Positions 1 through 12,963 are shown, counted from the whole stretch's first letter. The stretch: 62,490 bases of DNA, filler included, from Rhabdomonas costata (GCA_019059605.1; 41 parts of 41 records of this genome joined end to end with filler, not necessarily neighbours in it), one strand, 5' to 3'. The notes: a model not told the origin generated them from the letters alone. Numbers and translations: made by a program.

Positions 1-1106
1 ATAGTAACGTGAGGCAGCGAGGCGAGAAGGGGGTGAGGCCCATGGGCACATCGAGGGTTGGGAGCCCGGGGGGGGGGGAGAGAACGCGGGTCTCCACCAG
101 AAAAAGGTCGTCTTGGCCAATGCACAAAGTTTGTTTTTGTTGGGCACCCTAACTCCCGGCCAGGCACCAAGTGCTCTTATTGGTCGTCCCGAAGAAAATT
201 CAGCGCTGGCGCAGGGACGTGCAGGTGGGCGGACGGTTCTCTTATCAAAATCCAAGCCGAATTAAAGCAAGAACGGAAAAGAAATTTGCATCTGCATAAA
301 GGCAAGGGGAGGGGGCTCAAAAACACCCAAAATGGACCTAAAATGCCTTCCCGCTTAGATATATGCTAAGCAGGCCGGATATGCTAAGCAGGTCGAAATC
401 TTAGGCTAAATATGCAGGCCTGCAATGGTGCTAAAAGTGCTCATCACCCGTCGAAAATGCCCTTAAAATGCCAAAATTGGACCTTGAAGAGGTCATGCCA
501 TATCTCGGCGTTAAGAAAGAATCCGAGGCCGGGAAGACGCCAACCAGCTCATTTCAGGAATACTACCATGCCCTCAAGTATTATTAGCCCCAACTGGTCA
601 CTCTAGCTCGAGGTCAATGTTAGTTCTCCGGTCAAAATAAGTGGTCCTACCCATTTCCGATGAGACCCGACGATTGGTGAGGTTCCGGAGGCCAGCTGAA
701 GATGCTGGATAGACCGACCTGGAAGGACCCCCCCCCGGACAGCGACAAGAGAAATAGCTGTAAAGAAGCCTTTTAAATAGATACCTCCGGCAGGGCGCGC
801 CTTTCCCTTCCACGGAATTTGCGGCTGCGGAGGACGCAGAGCGTGAAGTTATGGATGATGAAATAACGAGCTAGCCCTAGTAGATGCACACATACCCAGA
901 TCCATCAGACTCTGCAGCCCCTGCTGCCCACCACAATGCCTCTAAAAGCTGAAGAGGGACCCTCTCTCTCCCATAATTGAGAGAGTACAACCCGAGGATC
1001 CGAGGATCCCGCTCGGCTCTTTTTGGACCCTCCCGCGCCACTCCTAATTACTACATTCCTCACCTAACGAAACAAATGATGGGATTCGTGTGCCTTCAAT
1101 GACAAG

Positions 1107-1220
1107 GTCCGCACTGTGGCCTGTGGCCGCACCCACTCCCTGGTGGTTGTGGAGACCGTGGAGTTTGGCGCAGCTGCCCGTGGGGCGGCGGGTCGTGCCA
1201 GCCCCATGATTTCCGAGTAA
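1107..1220 (+). CDS. RCC1-repeat protein, exon fragment
   Basis: After gacaag| the frame reads VRTVACGRTHSLVVVETVEFGAAARG...SE*. V..VACG..HSL is the RCC1 blade motif. Not in the ORF track. Confidence 0.6.
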   Translation, partial: VRTVACGRTHSLVVVETVEFGAAARGAAGRASPMISE

Positions 1221-1427
1221 CACCACCGCCGACCCCGGCGCCGCGGCAGGAACATCAGCAGCGGGGGGCAGTGCGGAGGAGGGGTCCGCAGCGTCCGTCT
1301 CGGGACAGGTGAGCATATCCTTTCTCTCTTTCCCGCTGGGTCGAAACGCCAGTCACTCCAGTATGGCATCACATCATTCAGCTGCTCAACTCAGTATTCA
1401 CCCCTTTCACCTCTCAAACACCCACAA

Positions 1428-1527
1428 NNNNNNNNNNNNNNNNNNNNNNNNNNNNNNNNNNNNNNNNNNNNTTAATTAATTAANNNNNNNNNNNNNNNNN
1501 NNNNNNNNNNNNNNNNNNNNNNNNNNN
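1428..1527. other. Artificial contig-joining spacer N44-TTAATTAATTAA-N44 (first of ~40, recurring every ~1,527 bp)
   Basis: Identical 100-nt block with stops in all six frames separates segments of near-constant length (e.g. 1528-2955, 3056-4482, 59539-60964). Confidence 0.98.
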
Positions 1528-3342
1528 GTGGGTTTTGAATCGTCATGGTAAGAAGTGGTGATCATACAAGTGGAATAAAAATGCAAGCAAGAATAAGAGG
1601 CAAAATATGACGCACGGTGTTTTTTCTAAAGTTGTTGATTTAAAAATATGGTGCATTTATATAATTATAGAATGAAACAATTTGACTTGGCATTTAAGAA
1701 AAACATTTAAGAAAAATGCAGACAAAGTTGACGAAAGCAGAACAAAGTGTACAAAATGCCAACGTTGAGAAGACAAACAGGCAGCAAAGAAATGAGGAAT
1801 TAAACAAAATAATAAAGTGTATTGTAAAATAAATTAAAAGTAGAAATAGAATAAGAATTAAATAAAAAACTCAAAAACCAAAAGCAAAACCAAAGATAAC
1901 CAGTGCCAATACTCTTCTTTTTACATCTCGACTACTCCAGTGATTATGTACAATTGTAGAGAGCGTTTCTGACTCAGTGCGGTCACGTATGTCACAGATG
2001 GCTCGCTAAAACTTCCCACACGGCGCGATGAGCTGTTGACGCTTTCTTGTACTGCTGAAATCCCATGATTCTCCGAGACACTTATCTTCTCTTTGGTTTA
2101 GAGGAGAAAGAGATCTCTCTGTGTCACCAGCTGTTCTGCGACTACTGAACCGGCTTCACTGGTGTGTACCAGAGTTTGCACAGCGTCTCAGAAACCTGCA
2201 CCTGAGAATGCCGTTGCATCTGATGATCCTGGTTCATTGGATCGACCTCTGACCTCTCAGGCTGATGGAAAGCTGGAGGTAATCTGGGCACGTAAGCAAC
2301 AAGCGTGGCCTTGATGGGATCGATGGCCATGGTGGAGCTGTTGGGCCTCAGCTTTTCCCCACGCGCGCGCTCCCAACAAAGTAGGGACGTTTTGTTGTAC
2401 TTTCAACCTCCATTACTTGAGATTCCTTGTCAGCTTCCGTTTTTTAATCCATATGCATTGGTGGTTCTTCAGGTTTGCGTGATTCTGGCTGACTTTCTTT
2501 GGGTGAATGGACAGACGAGGAGGCTATAGGCTGTTGAATGTTGCTGCTGACGCTATCTGGGCGGTATCCTGGGGCGCTCGATACGGGTGTAATATTGGAG
2601 TGTGTGGAACGCGATACACAAGACCTGACGAAACCTGCTTGCTTCGTAGGCATGTAATGGTGGATTTGTTGGCTACTGGACGTGTTTGTCCAAAGCTCCT
2701 TCACGATGGCATGCCACCTCTGGAAAATGAAGCGCAGCCAACTTTCTCTACAATTTGCTTTGGATACCACCGCCAGATGGAATTCCGAAAAAATGTAGCT
2801 AATGAACCCTTGAAGTCATCCATATGGCTTTAGTAACACCTGTTCCATAGCAAAGGCTTCAACTTTCTTCATGCAATTGCTTGTCATGCAGTGTTTGGTT
2901 TTTGATAACAGATAGCACTTCGGGATAGCACACCGCCAGCCCACATGCACAAATGNNNNNNNNNNNNNNNNNNNNNNNNNNNNNNNNNNNNNNNNNNNNT
3001 TAATTAATTAANNNNNNNNNNNNNNNNNNNNNNNNNNNNNNNNNNNNNNNNNNNNGGTGGTGTTGAATTCGGAGCGGGAGAGAGAAGGCGCGTGATCCGA
3101 CGGTGGACCGATCGGTGCTTTGAGAGAAGGGGTGAGAGATGGTTTGCAGATGCTGTCCTGGGGTTTGGTTGCCTTCGTTTGTGCTACGTACATGGGAGCA
3201 ATGACGAAAAATCGTTGTTCACTATATTCTGAAAAGGAGGGAAGCGGGGAGGCAGAGTCGGGAGCCGAATCGGAAGTGGAAGGGAACGGACGAAGGATAA
3301 AGGAGTAAGGACGCCAACACTTTGAATTAAACGCTAGGGACA

Positions 3343-3430
3343 GTGGTTGTTGTTCTACTGTCTCACTCAAGCGCGCGCGCGAGGCGAGAACAATCAAACA
3401 AAGGTGAACTTCTTCAGCCAAACACAAAAA
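3343..3430. repeat. Dispersed repeat family, copy 1 (others 25167-25260, 55116-55200)
   Basis: Shared ordered blocks GTGGTT..TCACTCAAG..CGCGAGGCGAGAA..CAAA.G..TCNTCAG.CAAAC in three different contigs. Confidence 0.7.
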
Positions 3431-3814
3431 CCAGAGGCGCAGCAGTGTCATGCGCAAGATGGTTTCCGTCCCCGGTCCACGTACGAGAAATATATAAGCA
3501 CTGAAGTCACCCCTACTTCTCACCGTCACCGCCTCAAGGCGGGAGCTTCTACTCAGGTCCCGCCCCATCTGCTCCCTTGTTTCGGAGGGTGGACTACAAG
3601 AGCTATAGCGCCGCACTCATGCCTTTGGCCAACACGCCATCGGGGCCCCATGCAGAAGCTCATACCCGAAGGCGCGAAACCACTGATGCGGGGGTAGCCT
3701 CGCTGACGCAAATGAACAGCTTGATGGATGTTGCCGTGCAAGCAAAAGATTCGCCGGAGTCTAAGAAAGAGGAAAGGGGTGGGGGGAAAGCGTCATTGGG
3801 CAATGGACTCATAC

Positions 3815-4257
3815 CGTTGCAGATGGCGTTGTCGGGGCAGTTGATGCACTGCGTAGTTCGTGAGACGGCGTACTTCTGGGCCAAGGGGAGGCAAGGCTGG
3901 ATGGTGATCGGCTGGGAGACCACGAAGAGCCCGGGAAAGCTTCCCAGGCTGAAGTTGATGCGGTAGACTTGGTCGTTGTTCCCCACCAAAACCATTCCTG
4001 GAGCAACAAGGGCAACAAAGAAACAAATACAAAAACAACCGAACGCAGAACGTTGATGATCCAATGAGACAAAAAATGATAACAAGACCGCGATCAACCG
4101 AGATCTCTGCCCCAACACGCACGCTCAGCGAGTGAAAATGGTGAATACCAGAGAACTCAAACAGCCCTCCATTTGAGCTGCGAGAGTTCCACTCGCAGGT
4201 CGAGGTGACATTGACACATCTGGCCTTCACGGAGATCGAGAAGTACTGGTAGAAGAT
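3815..4257 (-). CDS. Cys-rich protist surface/membrane protein (CxxCP..A.C.G type), 2 exons
   Basis: Exons 4257-4149 and 3997-3815 join in phase across a GT-AG intron: IFYQYFSISVKARCVNVTSTCEWNSRSSNGGLFEFSG|MVLVGNNDQVYRINFSLGSFPG...PC...TTQCINCPDNAICNG. Confidence 0.6.
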
Positions 4258-6405
4258 CTGCGAACAGCGAAGGAACCCGAATTTCATTGGGTTGAATAAA
4301 ACCAGTCGCATTGTTTACGAAGCAAAATGCGAGAGAAAGGCAACAAGGACAATCGGCCAAACAGACCTCGTGTGTTAGTATGTGTGCGTGGAAATGATAA
4401 TGTTACTGGCAATCAACTGCGTGAGCATGCCTTAGAGCGTGCGCATGTGTGCCGATGTGTATGTGTTTGTGCCCCCACCACANNNNNNNNNNNNNNNNNN
4501 NNNNNNNNNNNNNNNNNNNNNNNNNNTTAATTAATTAANNNNNNNNNNNNNNNNNNNNNNNNNNNNNNNNNNNNNNNNNNNNGTGTGGGTGTGTTTGGGG
4601 TGTGGGGTCCCAATGCCCTTCGTGTTTTCCAGCACAAACAGCAGCACCGTGAACGCGCCAAAAAAACAACAGGTGTGCGGAACAAGCAGAACAAGAACAC
4701 GCCACAGCACACCGCTCCAAGGCGCCCTGTGTGTGTGAACTTCCTTCATAGTAGGGTGGTTCCCTTAGCGCATAGTCTTGAAACTGGCGCCATTGCCGCC
4801 GCAACAAATCAGTGGCATTCAGTGTCCATTGCGTAGGATTTCGTTCAGCCGCAGCGTGGGTGAGGCGCCGCCCTCTGGCCTCCATGAAGACTGTATTGCT
4901 TGGGCCGCACCACGGAACAACACGGGCATGCACGCTTGAGTGGCAAGGGCGCATCAGAAGAGAGGGTCCACAACGAGACGCATATGCGCCAGCAATGCGT
5001 GCCAAACACGGGAACGATTGACGGCGAATGTTTGGATGGATGAGAATAAGGTAATTGGCGCCGAAAGCGAACAGCTGGCGGGAAGCCATTTCCAGAACGC
5101 ATAAAACGTGGAGGCGTTGCCAGCTTCGTGCAACGAGAGGCTTTCGCAGCTAGGGTGAGTGGAAGGGGTCCTTTATCATATATCAGTGGGTGGATTGAAC
5201 GGGGGTGTCTAGTGAACCGTTGTCGAGCACTGCGCTGGCCCCTGATATCTAGCATCCGGTATTTACCGTTTCCCAAGCTAATATGGAGAACCTTTTTTGA
5301 AATATAAAAAATTTGTTTTGCATGGTTTTCTTTTTCCAGGAGAGCTTATTGGGCATGCAATTCGTCACCTAGCGGTATTTAAGCTGCCCGTGTTCACACC
5401 CAATTCTGTAGTGCTGCAAAACTACCAGATCGCAACGTATACGTCACGCAGTTCAGCATATGTCCGATGTAATAGTATTTTTTCACGGCAACATGGTTTA
5501 AGTGTTTTAACTTTTTGCTGATAAATGGACCATCAAATGGATGGAACCCCGACCAGGCGCTTTTTGCCTAGCCTGGAAAAACCATATTCTTTATCTGAAT
5601 TTCCCCTACGCTTGTGGATATTGTCAATACTTTTGCCCAAAATGATTCGTTCAAACAATTTTAACCACACTACGTTATTTGAACTCCTGAATTATCTTCT
5701 TCTCTCACATACATCCTTTAAGCTTTGTGTTGGCTATAAAAAGGAGTTATGTCCGACGTCCCTCATTTATTTGCGAATCAAATACTGCCATTAATCGACC
5801 AATTAGTTACGCAAGACATTCTAGGGGATTTTTGAGTGGGGATTACTGCAAGCTCGCTTCTTACTCGCTAAGCTCGTAATGTCGCTCCTGTTCATCCACT
5901 TGTCATGCATAGGTCGTCACATTCACTCTCACTGCAGTGGCCGCACTCATCAACATCCCTACAATCTACATCCTCAGCTTGGCATCGGCATCACTCTCAA
6001 CACCCACACNNNNNNNNNNNNNNNNNNNNNNNNNNNNNNNNNNNNNNNNNNNNTTAATTAATTAANNNNNNNNNNNNNNNNNNNNNNNNNNNNNNNNNNN
6101 NNNNNNNNNTGAGTGTCGTCTGCTGGAGCTGGAGGAAGCTGATGATTTCCGAGACTTCTGGAAGGAGGCAAGAGAGTGGGAGGTGGAGTGGCCACGATCC
6201 CTACGCTCGTCTCGCTTCCTGTAGCTCTGCCGATCTCCACGCCGAAGCTCGCGTTCTCGCTGCAGGCTGAAGACCTGCGCAATCTCTCGGTGAGGAGAGC
6301 AGCTCCTTCAGAAGGTTTGCTCGACCTGTCGTCCCGAAAAGGTGTTGGGTTGCGAACTCGGCCGCATATTGGAGGACATGGGTGCGGACTCGAGCGGCGA
6401 GTGCC

Positions 6406-6905
6406 TCACCGTTTCCAACTGCATTGGTTGATGCCATTTAGCCACTGGTGGCGACGTGAACGGCGCGTACGCCGCCTGCGGAGCAGCCGCTGTGGCAGAT
6501 GGGGCTTCGTGGTGCTGAAAGATTCCCACGCGCTCTCCACTGCTTTGTCGAGTGTGCTTGGCTTTGGGTGTTTCATCACTTTCCGCTGAAGATAGGGGTC
6601 CAAACACTTGATCATGTTCAGCATCAATGAAGGATGAAATTGCGCTGAGATAAACATTTGTATGTCTGCACTGTGTAATGTAACTTCGGCCAATCACATC
6701 TCATGTTCCAGTGGGCGGTCTCCTCAATCAGACGCCACGCATTTGTGTGCTGGAGAAACTTGGGCTTAAGGTCCTGATAGAACAACACCCAGAACGCAAA
6801 CTCCTTGTCACTCGGGATGACATGTTCTCCCAAAGCGATGAGTGAGTACTGGATGACCAATGCATGCGGCAGCTTCCGCTGCTCTTTCCTGATCTGGAAC
6901 TCCAA
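6406..6905 (-). mobile_element. Degenerate retrotransposon gag-like remnant
   Basis: Frameshifted ORFs include MIKCLDPYLQRKVMKHPKPSTLDKAVESAW, resembling the gag capsid C-terminal L...V...P.TL..A...A pattern. No splice signals. Confidence 0.35.
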
Positions 6906-9900
6906 ACTCCAAGGCAGGAAGTGATCTATTTTGCCTGTGTAGGCAGGGAACTGATGGTCTTTCTACCTCAACTTCCTGAGCGGGTCTGCCTGTGATGAGG
7001 TTGCCAACTGCTCGATGAGGTGCTGCTGGTCTTGGGCACTGCGCTCGGAAAACATCTGATGAACCGCAAGCATCTAATCTTGCATTCACTGCATTGCTTG
7101 CAACGGAGAGGCCGTTGCTTGCGCAATGATCTGAGCGAGAAGCTCAGGGGTGATGGAAACGGTCCCTCCTGGCTGAGGTGTTCAACTCATTGATTGCAAT
7201 TAGCCCGCTAAGTTGGAAAGGGTGCGACCATAACCAATTCAGCTGAGGGATTTTTCGCAACAAAATAATGGAAGTGGAGCGGCCAAATCCAGAATTCGTT
7301 TGACGTAGAGGTTCGGCTGTTTCACATGTCCCCTGTAAAACAAGATACGAAGAACAGAAACTGCAGGCGAGGGAAAACAGAACGCACATCAAGCGGGGAA
7401 GCCCGTAGGTTGCAACTGTTTAGCCTGCTAGGGATTAGGACCTCAGCTGGTGAACGGAACACCGCCTCGAAGTCGAAGGCAACAAACGTGGTACCATCAA
7501 AAGGTGCACAGCGTACCACAGAGCACAAAAACAACANNNNNNNNNNNNNNNNNNNNNNNNNNNNNNNNNNNNNNNNNNNNTTAATTAATTAANNNNNNNN
7601 NNNNNNNNNNNNNNNNNNNNNNNNNNNNNNNNNNNNAGTGGGGGGGGGGGGATGCTTTCGACAGGAATCAGCGGTAAAAAAATATATACAAATTCCAGAA
7701 CATTCCGGAAGGCTATGGTGACAAAGTACTGCTGAAAGACGGGAAGTTGCACAAGGCGTGCCTTAATGTCAACGACATGTGTCTGACAAAGATAGACCGG
7801 ACACCCACGTAAGACAGGCAGACGTTGCCCCCAGCACTTGTGCAGCGCGTCCTAAACGCTTGTGATAAGCAGTTTAGGGTAACTTGAACCCAAGGCGAAG
7901 CACTGGGGGGGGGGTTCCGCGTAGTTGCGCCTTCCAAGGCGTTAATTCACTGAGGAGGTTATAATGTGCACGAGGAGTGTGTAATGTGCAAGGTCGATTT
8001 GAGGAGGTTATAATGTGAAATACCCAAATTAAGTAATACCAGTGGGCATGATTTCTTTGCATCATCATTGCTCGAAGCCGCTGTCGCACCATAAACTACC
8101 ACTTTAGGATCTTTGCGCAATCGTTGGCCACGGTTTACGAAACTAGATTTTTTTCGAAAACCAATTGACAATTCAACGTTTTTTTCTCAGAAAGTGCAAC
8201 CAACCAGGGACTCCAGCTAATAGGAACTCAGAGGAGTCTCCCAAAGCAAGGTGGGTCGAAGGAAGTGCAGGCAAAGCTAAAGCAGCGAAATTAGCGGTCG
8301 TACCAAAAAGCCCCAGAAAGGGGTGCTCCAGGGGCAGGGTTGACTGAATGTTTTTTATATCAAAATCTCGGCTTCGAGGGCAGGAAAGGTTGAGGGAACT
8401 CACCCGGACCCTGAAATGGTTTTCCGTGAGAAACCGCCAGCTTACCGCTTTCCACGAGAAGTGCAGTGAGCTCCCGGTGGCCTCTTGAGGCCGCAGTGAA
8501 CAGGGCGCTGGCACGGCCAGGCATGGCGAGGTTCACGTTGGCGCCTGAGTGACACACACGTGCACAAAACCCGCCCTTAACCCTAAGCAGTGACCCAGAG
8601 CGGGCACTGTGAGTGAGTGAGTGTACGTGTGCATGTGTTTGAGCACATTGCGCGTTGGGCTGCGACGGTTCGAAAGGCTCGAAACTGCAATGACACTGAA
8701 GAATAAGTAAAAAAACCGCTGGATGCCACTGCACTGGATTACGACTGCCTTATCTCGATGTGTGATCTTTTTTATCTCACTCAGCTGCTGTATGATGTCG
8801 CGCCCAAAACCTGTGAAAACTTCCGGTGCCTGTGCACAGGTTTCCAACGGAATCACCCTTCCCTAATCTTCTCACTTGTGAGGAAATCTCTTCTCCCAGT
8901 TTCTCGTGTCATCATTCCGAGCTATCATTCATGAGGATTTTCCATAATGGCTACGCTCCTTTTATTCTTCTTTGTCTTTGAGAAGACGGATTCGTGGATT
9001 TTTGTCACTCTTTCCACATTTGTACCTGCTTTTGGCTGTAACAAAAATCTATTTGTAAGCGCANNNNNNNNNNNNNNNNNNNNNNNNNNNNNNNNNNNNN
9101 NNNNNNNTTAATTAATTAANNNNNNNNNNNNNNNNNNNNNNNNNNNNNNNNNNNNNNNNNNNNTGTGTTTTTTTTCAAGAGGAAATGAGTGTGCAGCTGT
9201 AAGTAGGGAGTGAGCTGGATGGTTGGGTGGAAGATTTGGTAGCCTGGTGCCCCTCTCTTCGGGTGCAGCAACTCTTGCCTGGCTCCTGCACCCCAAGTGC
9301 CCTTTTTTCTCTCCTGTGCTTGGCACTGCTGTACTTCTACCGCCCCTCTCTACTTCCATTCCCTCTTTTGCTCGCGTTGCCAAATCGTCTTCGTTGTTGG
9401 TTTGAGGTTCAGTTAGTGCCTCGTGCAGGCGCTTGGGAAAACCCCCAACTCTGCACTCCGCCTTCTGGGCCCTCTCCGGTCTCCTTCCGAACTTCCCAAC
9501 ACCCCACACACAGGTTTGTACTGCGCACACCGTCGGTACGCCGGCGAAAGACGGAGCGTGAGGGGCTTGGAGAGAGGCGTTGTTTTACCTCGCCTTGCAT
9601 CGTGCCGCCTGTTTGTTTTCCGTCTGCTGGGTTTGCTTTTTCGGGTGTTGTGTATTCTGGGCCGCCAGGTCATTGGGGCAGGGCAGGGCATCTGCCTGCA
9701 GGTGCACGTGGGAGGTTAGGCTTGGCGGGAAGGGAATGGAAGGTGGCCCAGTGTTTCGTGCTTTTTTTTTTGCGGTGCAGCCCGTGGGTCAACCGCCTTT
9801 TCTTTATTTCCTTTTGTGGCTTTTCCCTTCTGTTTCGTAGTGCCCCTTCGTTCCTCCTCCTCCTCCTCGTCCTTCCTCTGCGCCCACTCCTTCCAACAGC

Positions 9901-10690
9901 ACCGACTGTACCGGGATTTGAGTGCGCCTCCCCGTTTGCCTTTTCTTTCACAATGCCTCTTGGAAGAGTTGCACAGGAAGCCCTGAGGTGTCGTCGGTGG
10001 AGTCTTCAGAAGTGCGGGAACTCAATCTCACGCCAATGCTCCCCTGTCTCTACCTGCGGGAGGGGTGGTCCCATAAAACAACCGCGTCTCACCACTCCAA
10101 AGCGCGTGGTTTCGGGAACTTTTGTGACAGTTGTGATTTGCTAGGCAATTGTTTAGTCTTAGGGAAGCTCCGTGCAAGCGGGGAAAAGGGGTGTTCTCTA
10201 CTCGCGGCTCCCTTCCAGCAAAACATCACCCAGATGATCGATTCTGGCCGCCCGCCAACGTTAGGAACGTTACAACCAAGCCCTCCTACCAACGTTACCA
10301 ACCAAAACCAAGTCGAAGCCCTCCTTCCTCGCTTATCAGCGATTTCGTTTTTCCTTTTCCTTCTTCTTGGGCTTTGGGAGCCTCATTGGAGAGGCTTCTT
10401 TTAGAGGTGCTCTCTTTGCTCAAAAACCACCACCACCACCACACCTCAACGACTTTGTGTCTTTCTCACTCTCCTAACTCCCCTCTCTGAGAAAACCCCA
10501 AAAATGCAGACCGCTCGGCGGGCCAGTGCAGGCCGCCGTGCCAGCCTTGCAGGGCCCCCACCCGCTGCCACGTCCTCCACCACCACCCCCNNNNNNNNNN
10601 NNNNNNNNNNNNNNNNNNNNNNNNNNNNNNNNNNTTAATTAATTAANNNNNNNNNNNNNNNNNNNNNNNNNNNNNNNNNNNNNNNNNNNN

Positions 10691-11389
10691 GTGGTGGGTG
10701 TGTTTGGGTGTTGTGGGTTGCACAGGGGCGTCCAGTGCAAGCATCTCGATCGTGGCATCCTTCTCCTACAAGCAAGAGAATGTGCGTGAAGGGGAGGTCT
10801 CATGCCCTTGTGTTCGCTTCGGCCCCAAGCTGCCTCTTCCGAGGACTTCTTCCAAGGTTAACGTCAGAAATGATTTGATTCATTTCATTCCAGTTGAATT
10901 AGCCCTCAAAGTTCACCGTCAGTTGCGTCTTTACCAGGGGCATCGCGCTATGCATCACCTGATGAGTGGAGCAGCACATCAGGTCCAGGGACTTGTTCAG
11001 CGGGAAGAAAGACATGTCCAGGCGCTGCATCTGCGAGGAGTTTGCAGAAGAGCGAGGGAGCGAGAGAGCAAGAACGTTGCCTCGGATTGGGAATGCCTCA
11101 GTCCTCACGATTGACCGGGGGCTAGTTCAGTAGCAAAACTTGAGATGACGGAGGAGAAAGGTCACAATAACACACACGCACACACTCAATCGCAACCTTC
11201 TCTCGTCGAAAGTAGTGTCTGAGGACCAGAGGGGTGTTCGTGAGTATAATAACCGAGAAACGACGACAGTTGGAACTTGCTATGCTATAGCAAATGGGAA
11301 GCTTTGCGCACCTTGGCGTGTACGTACGACTCCTGGCCGGTAAACTCAGACTCCTGCTTCCGCCTCAGGTGATGCATGAAGTACAGGTA
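10691..11389 (-). CDS. ITPR: Inositol 1,4,5-trisphosphate receptor (IP3R/RyR family) C-terminal region, 3 short exons
   Basis: Exons 11389-11312 (YLYFMHHLRRKQESEFTGQESYVHAK), 11030-10959 (MQRLDMSFFPLNKSLDLMCCSTHQ) and 10765-contig end (EKDATIEML...). Phase-0 GT-AG introns. Matches the YLYF...EYTGxESYV...WFP tail. Confidence 0.85.
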
Positions 11390-12564
11390 CTGTTAGGGCA
11401 AGAAAACAGAAGATGACAGTGGAGCCAAACCAGAACAAGACACAAATCGACGGCAAGGAAAGGGTGATAAGTGGGGAACGTGTAACGTGAGGTGGTGAGG
11501 TGGTGAACGTAAAAAGCCAAAGGTGGCAGCAGTGAGCTTGTGGCAGTGGATGAAACGTGCAGTCAATCAGAAAGATAATGCGCGCGTTTAACGCGCGTTG
11601 CTCCTGCCAGAATTTAAAGGGAGCGTGCCGGTTAACTTAGGAGAGGAATTTCCAGCTTCATCAATTCAGTCTTTCAAGAACTAATGGGTCGGTTGTGGTA
11701 GTGGCTGACTGCTACAGGATAACTGGAGAGTTGCGATTTTTATGACAGGGGCTGAATGGAGGAGACAGACGGCGGCGACAGACCTGCCACATGTTGTGGG
11801 ACTCCCTGGTGTGCGCCGCGAAACCTCCTGAGGATGGAATGAGAGGAGAACAGCAGGGACCCTTCCCATTCTCGTGAATTCACAGCCCTTCTCTTATGCG
11901 AACAAATCATAGCTTTTCACGCAAAGGAGAAGTGCACACAGTGGCCCGCCTTCCCATTCAATTGTGTCGCCCCTGACGCTCAACCTCAGATCCCATATGG
12001 TGCATTGCAACTCTGGGCTGGGTGGCTTCAAAACACCCCGGGGCGGGGTGAAGCCTTCAAAAAAACCCAAACCAAAAATCCCACCCAAAAACGCTCTAGC
12101 ACACCCCCCCCACCCCTANNNNNNNNNNNNNNNNNNNNNNNNNNNNNNNNNNNNNNNNNNNNTTAATTAATTAANNNNNNNNNNNNNNNNNNNNNNNNNN
12201 NNNNNNNNNNNNNNNNNNGGGGGGTTTTTAGGAACCTGCTGTGAGAACGCAGCGGAGCTCCAAAACCGGTAACAGGTGCAGCTCGCCCAAACCAATTATT
12301 GTTACGGCCTTCAGACGCCAAAACAAACCTGACGCACAAAATGGTATCAAGCCTCTCAGAGGGTGACTCACAGCAGGTTCCTAAATACCTCCGAGAATCC
12401 ATCGTAATGTCATCGGATGGACGCAGTACACTCAACAACCCTCCTCGCCGAGTGAGGCACGGCAGCACCACCGAGAAGCCCAGCAAATAGAAAAGGGCTC
12501 GACGGGCGGAGATTCAGCACAACGGGAAAGTTGGGTGGCGGACGGGAGGGGAGGGGGGTGATGC

Positions 12565-12963
12565 CCTTCATAGATCCGCAGGAGCTGCATGCACCTCTCC
12601 GCCCACTGAGGATTGCTCTTCACGGTAAGCACAGCGCCGATGTTCGCCAGGAAGTCCTTCTTTGCGGAGATGGTAGCCCCTGGGACACGACCCATACATC
12701 CACAAACAACCTCCAACTTCTTTGCGAAAAGTCCTTCCTTCTTCTGGCATCTGCTGTGCACTCCCCGCACAACTCGCACCCACAACTATCCGCCCGTGCG
12801 CACAGACACCGTCGCAGTGCTGCAGCATCTCTCGGTAGATCGAGCGCAGTGGAACGCCCCGGTAGGCTGGGTCCAGCTTCTGGATCAGGTAGGCATTCTC
12901 GATGGCCCTGGTGGCATCGAAGATTACGGGCACCCCCTCAGCCTGGCACAGCTCATAGACCTC
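12565..12963 (-). CDS. Tryptophanase / tyrosine phenol-lyase family beta-eliminating lyase, 2 exons
   Basis: Exons 12963-12810 (EVYELCQAEGVPVIFDATRAIENAYLIQKLDPAYRG...EMLQHCD) and 12679-12565 (GATISAKKDFLANIGAVL...LLRIYEG). DATR..ENAY, PLP-lysine SAKKD and YEG motifs. 130-nt GT-AG intron 12680-12809. Confidence 0.9.

Noticed and set aside
949..1000. CTGAAGA-GGG..CCC hammerhead-like core
   Set aside because: Followed by GAGG rather than GAAA and no flanking stems found.
1472..1483. Regularly spaced TTAATTAATTAA as a CRISPR-like or biological repeat
   Set aside because: Always embedded in exactly 44+44 Ns; it is a six-frame-stop linker.
9227..10144. 305-aa ORF
   Set aside because: No recognisable motif, pyrimidine-tract-driven composition and no coding-like codon bias.
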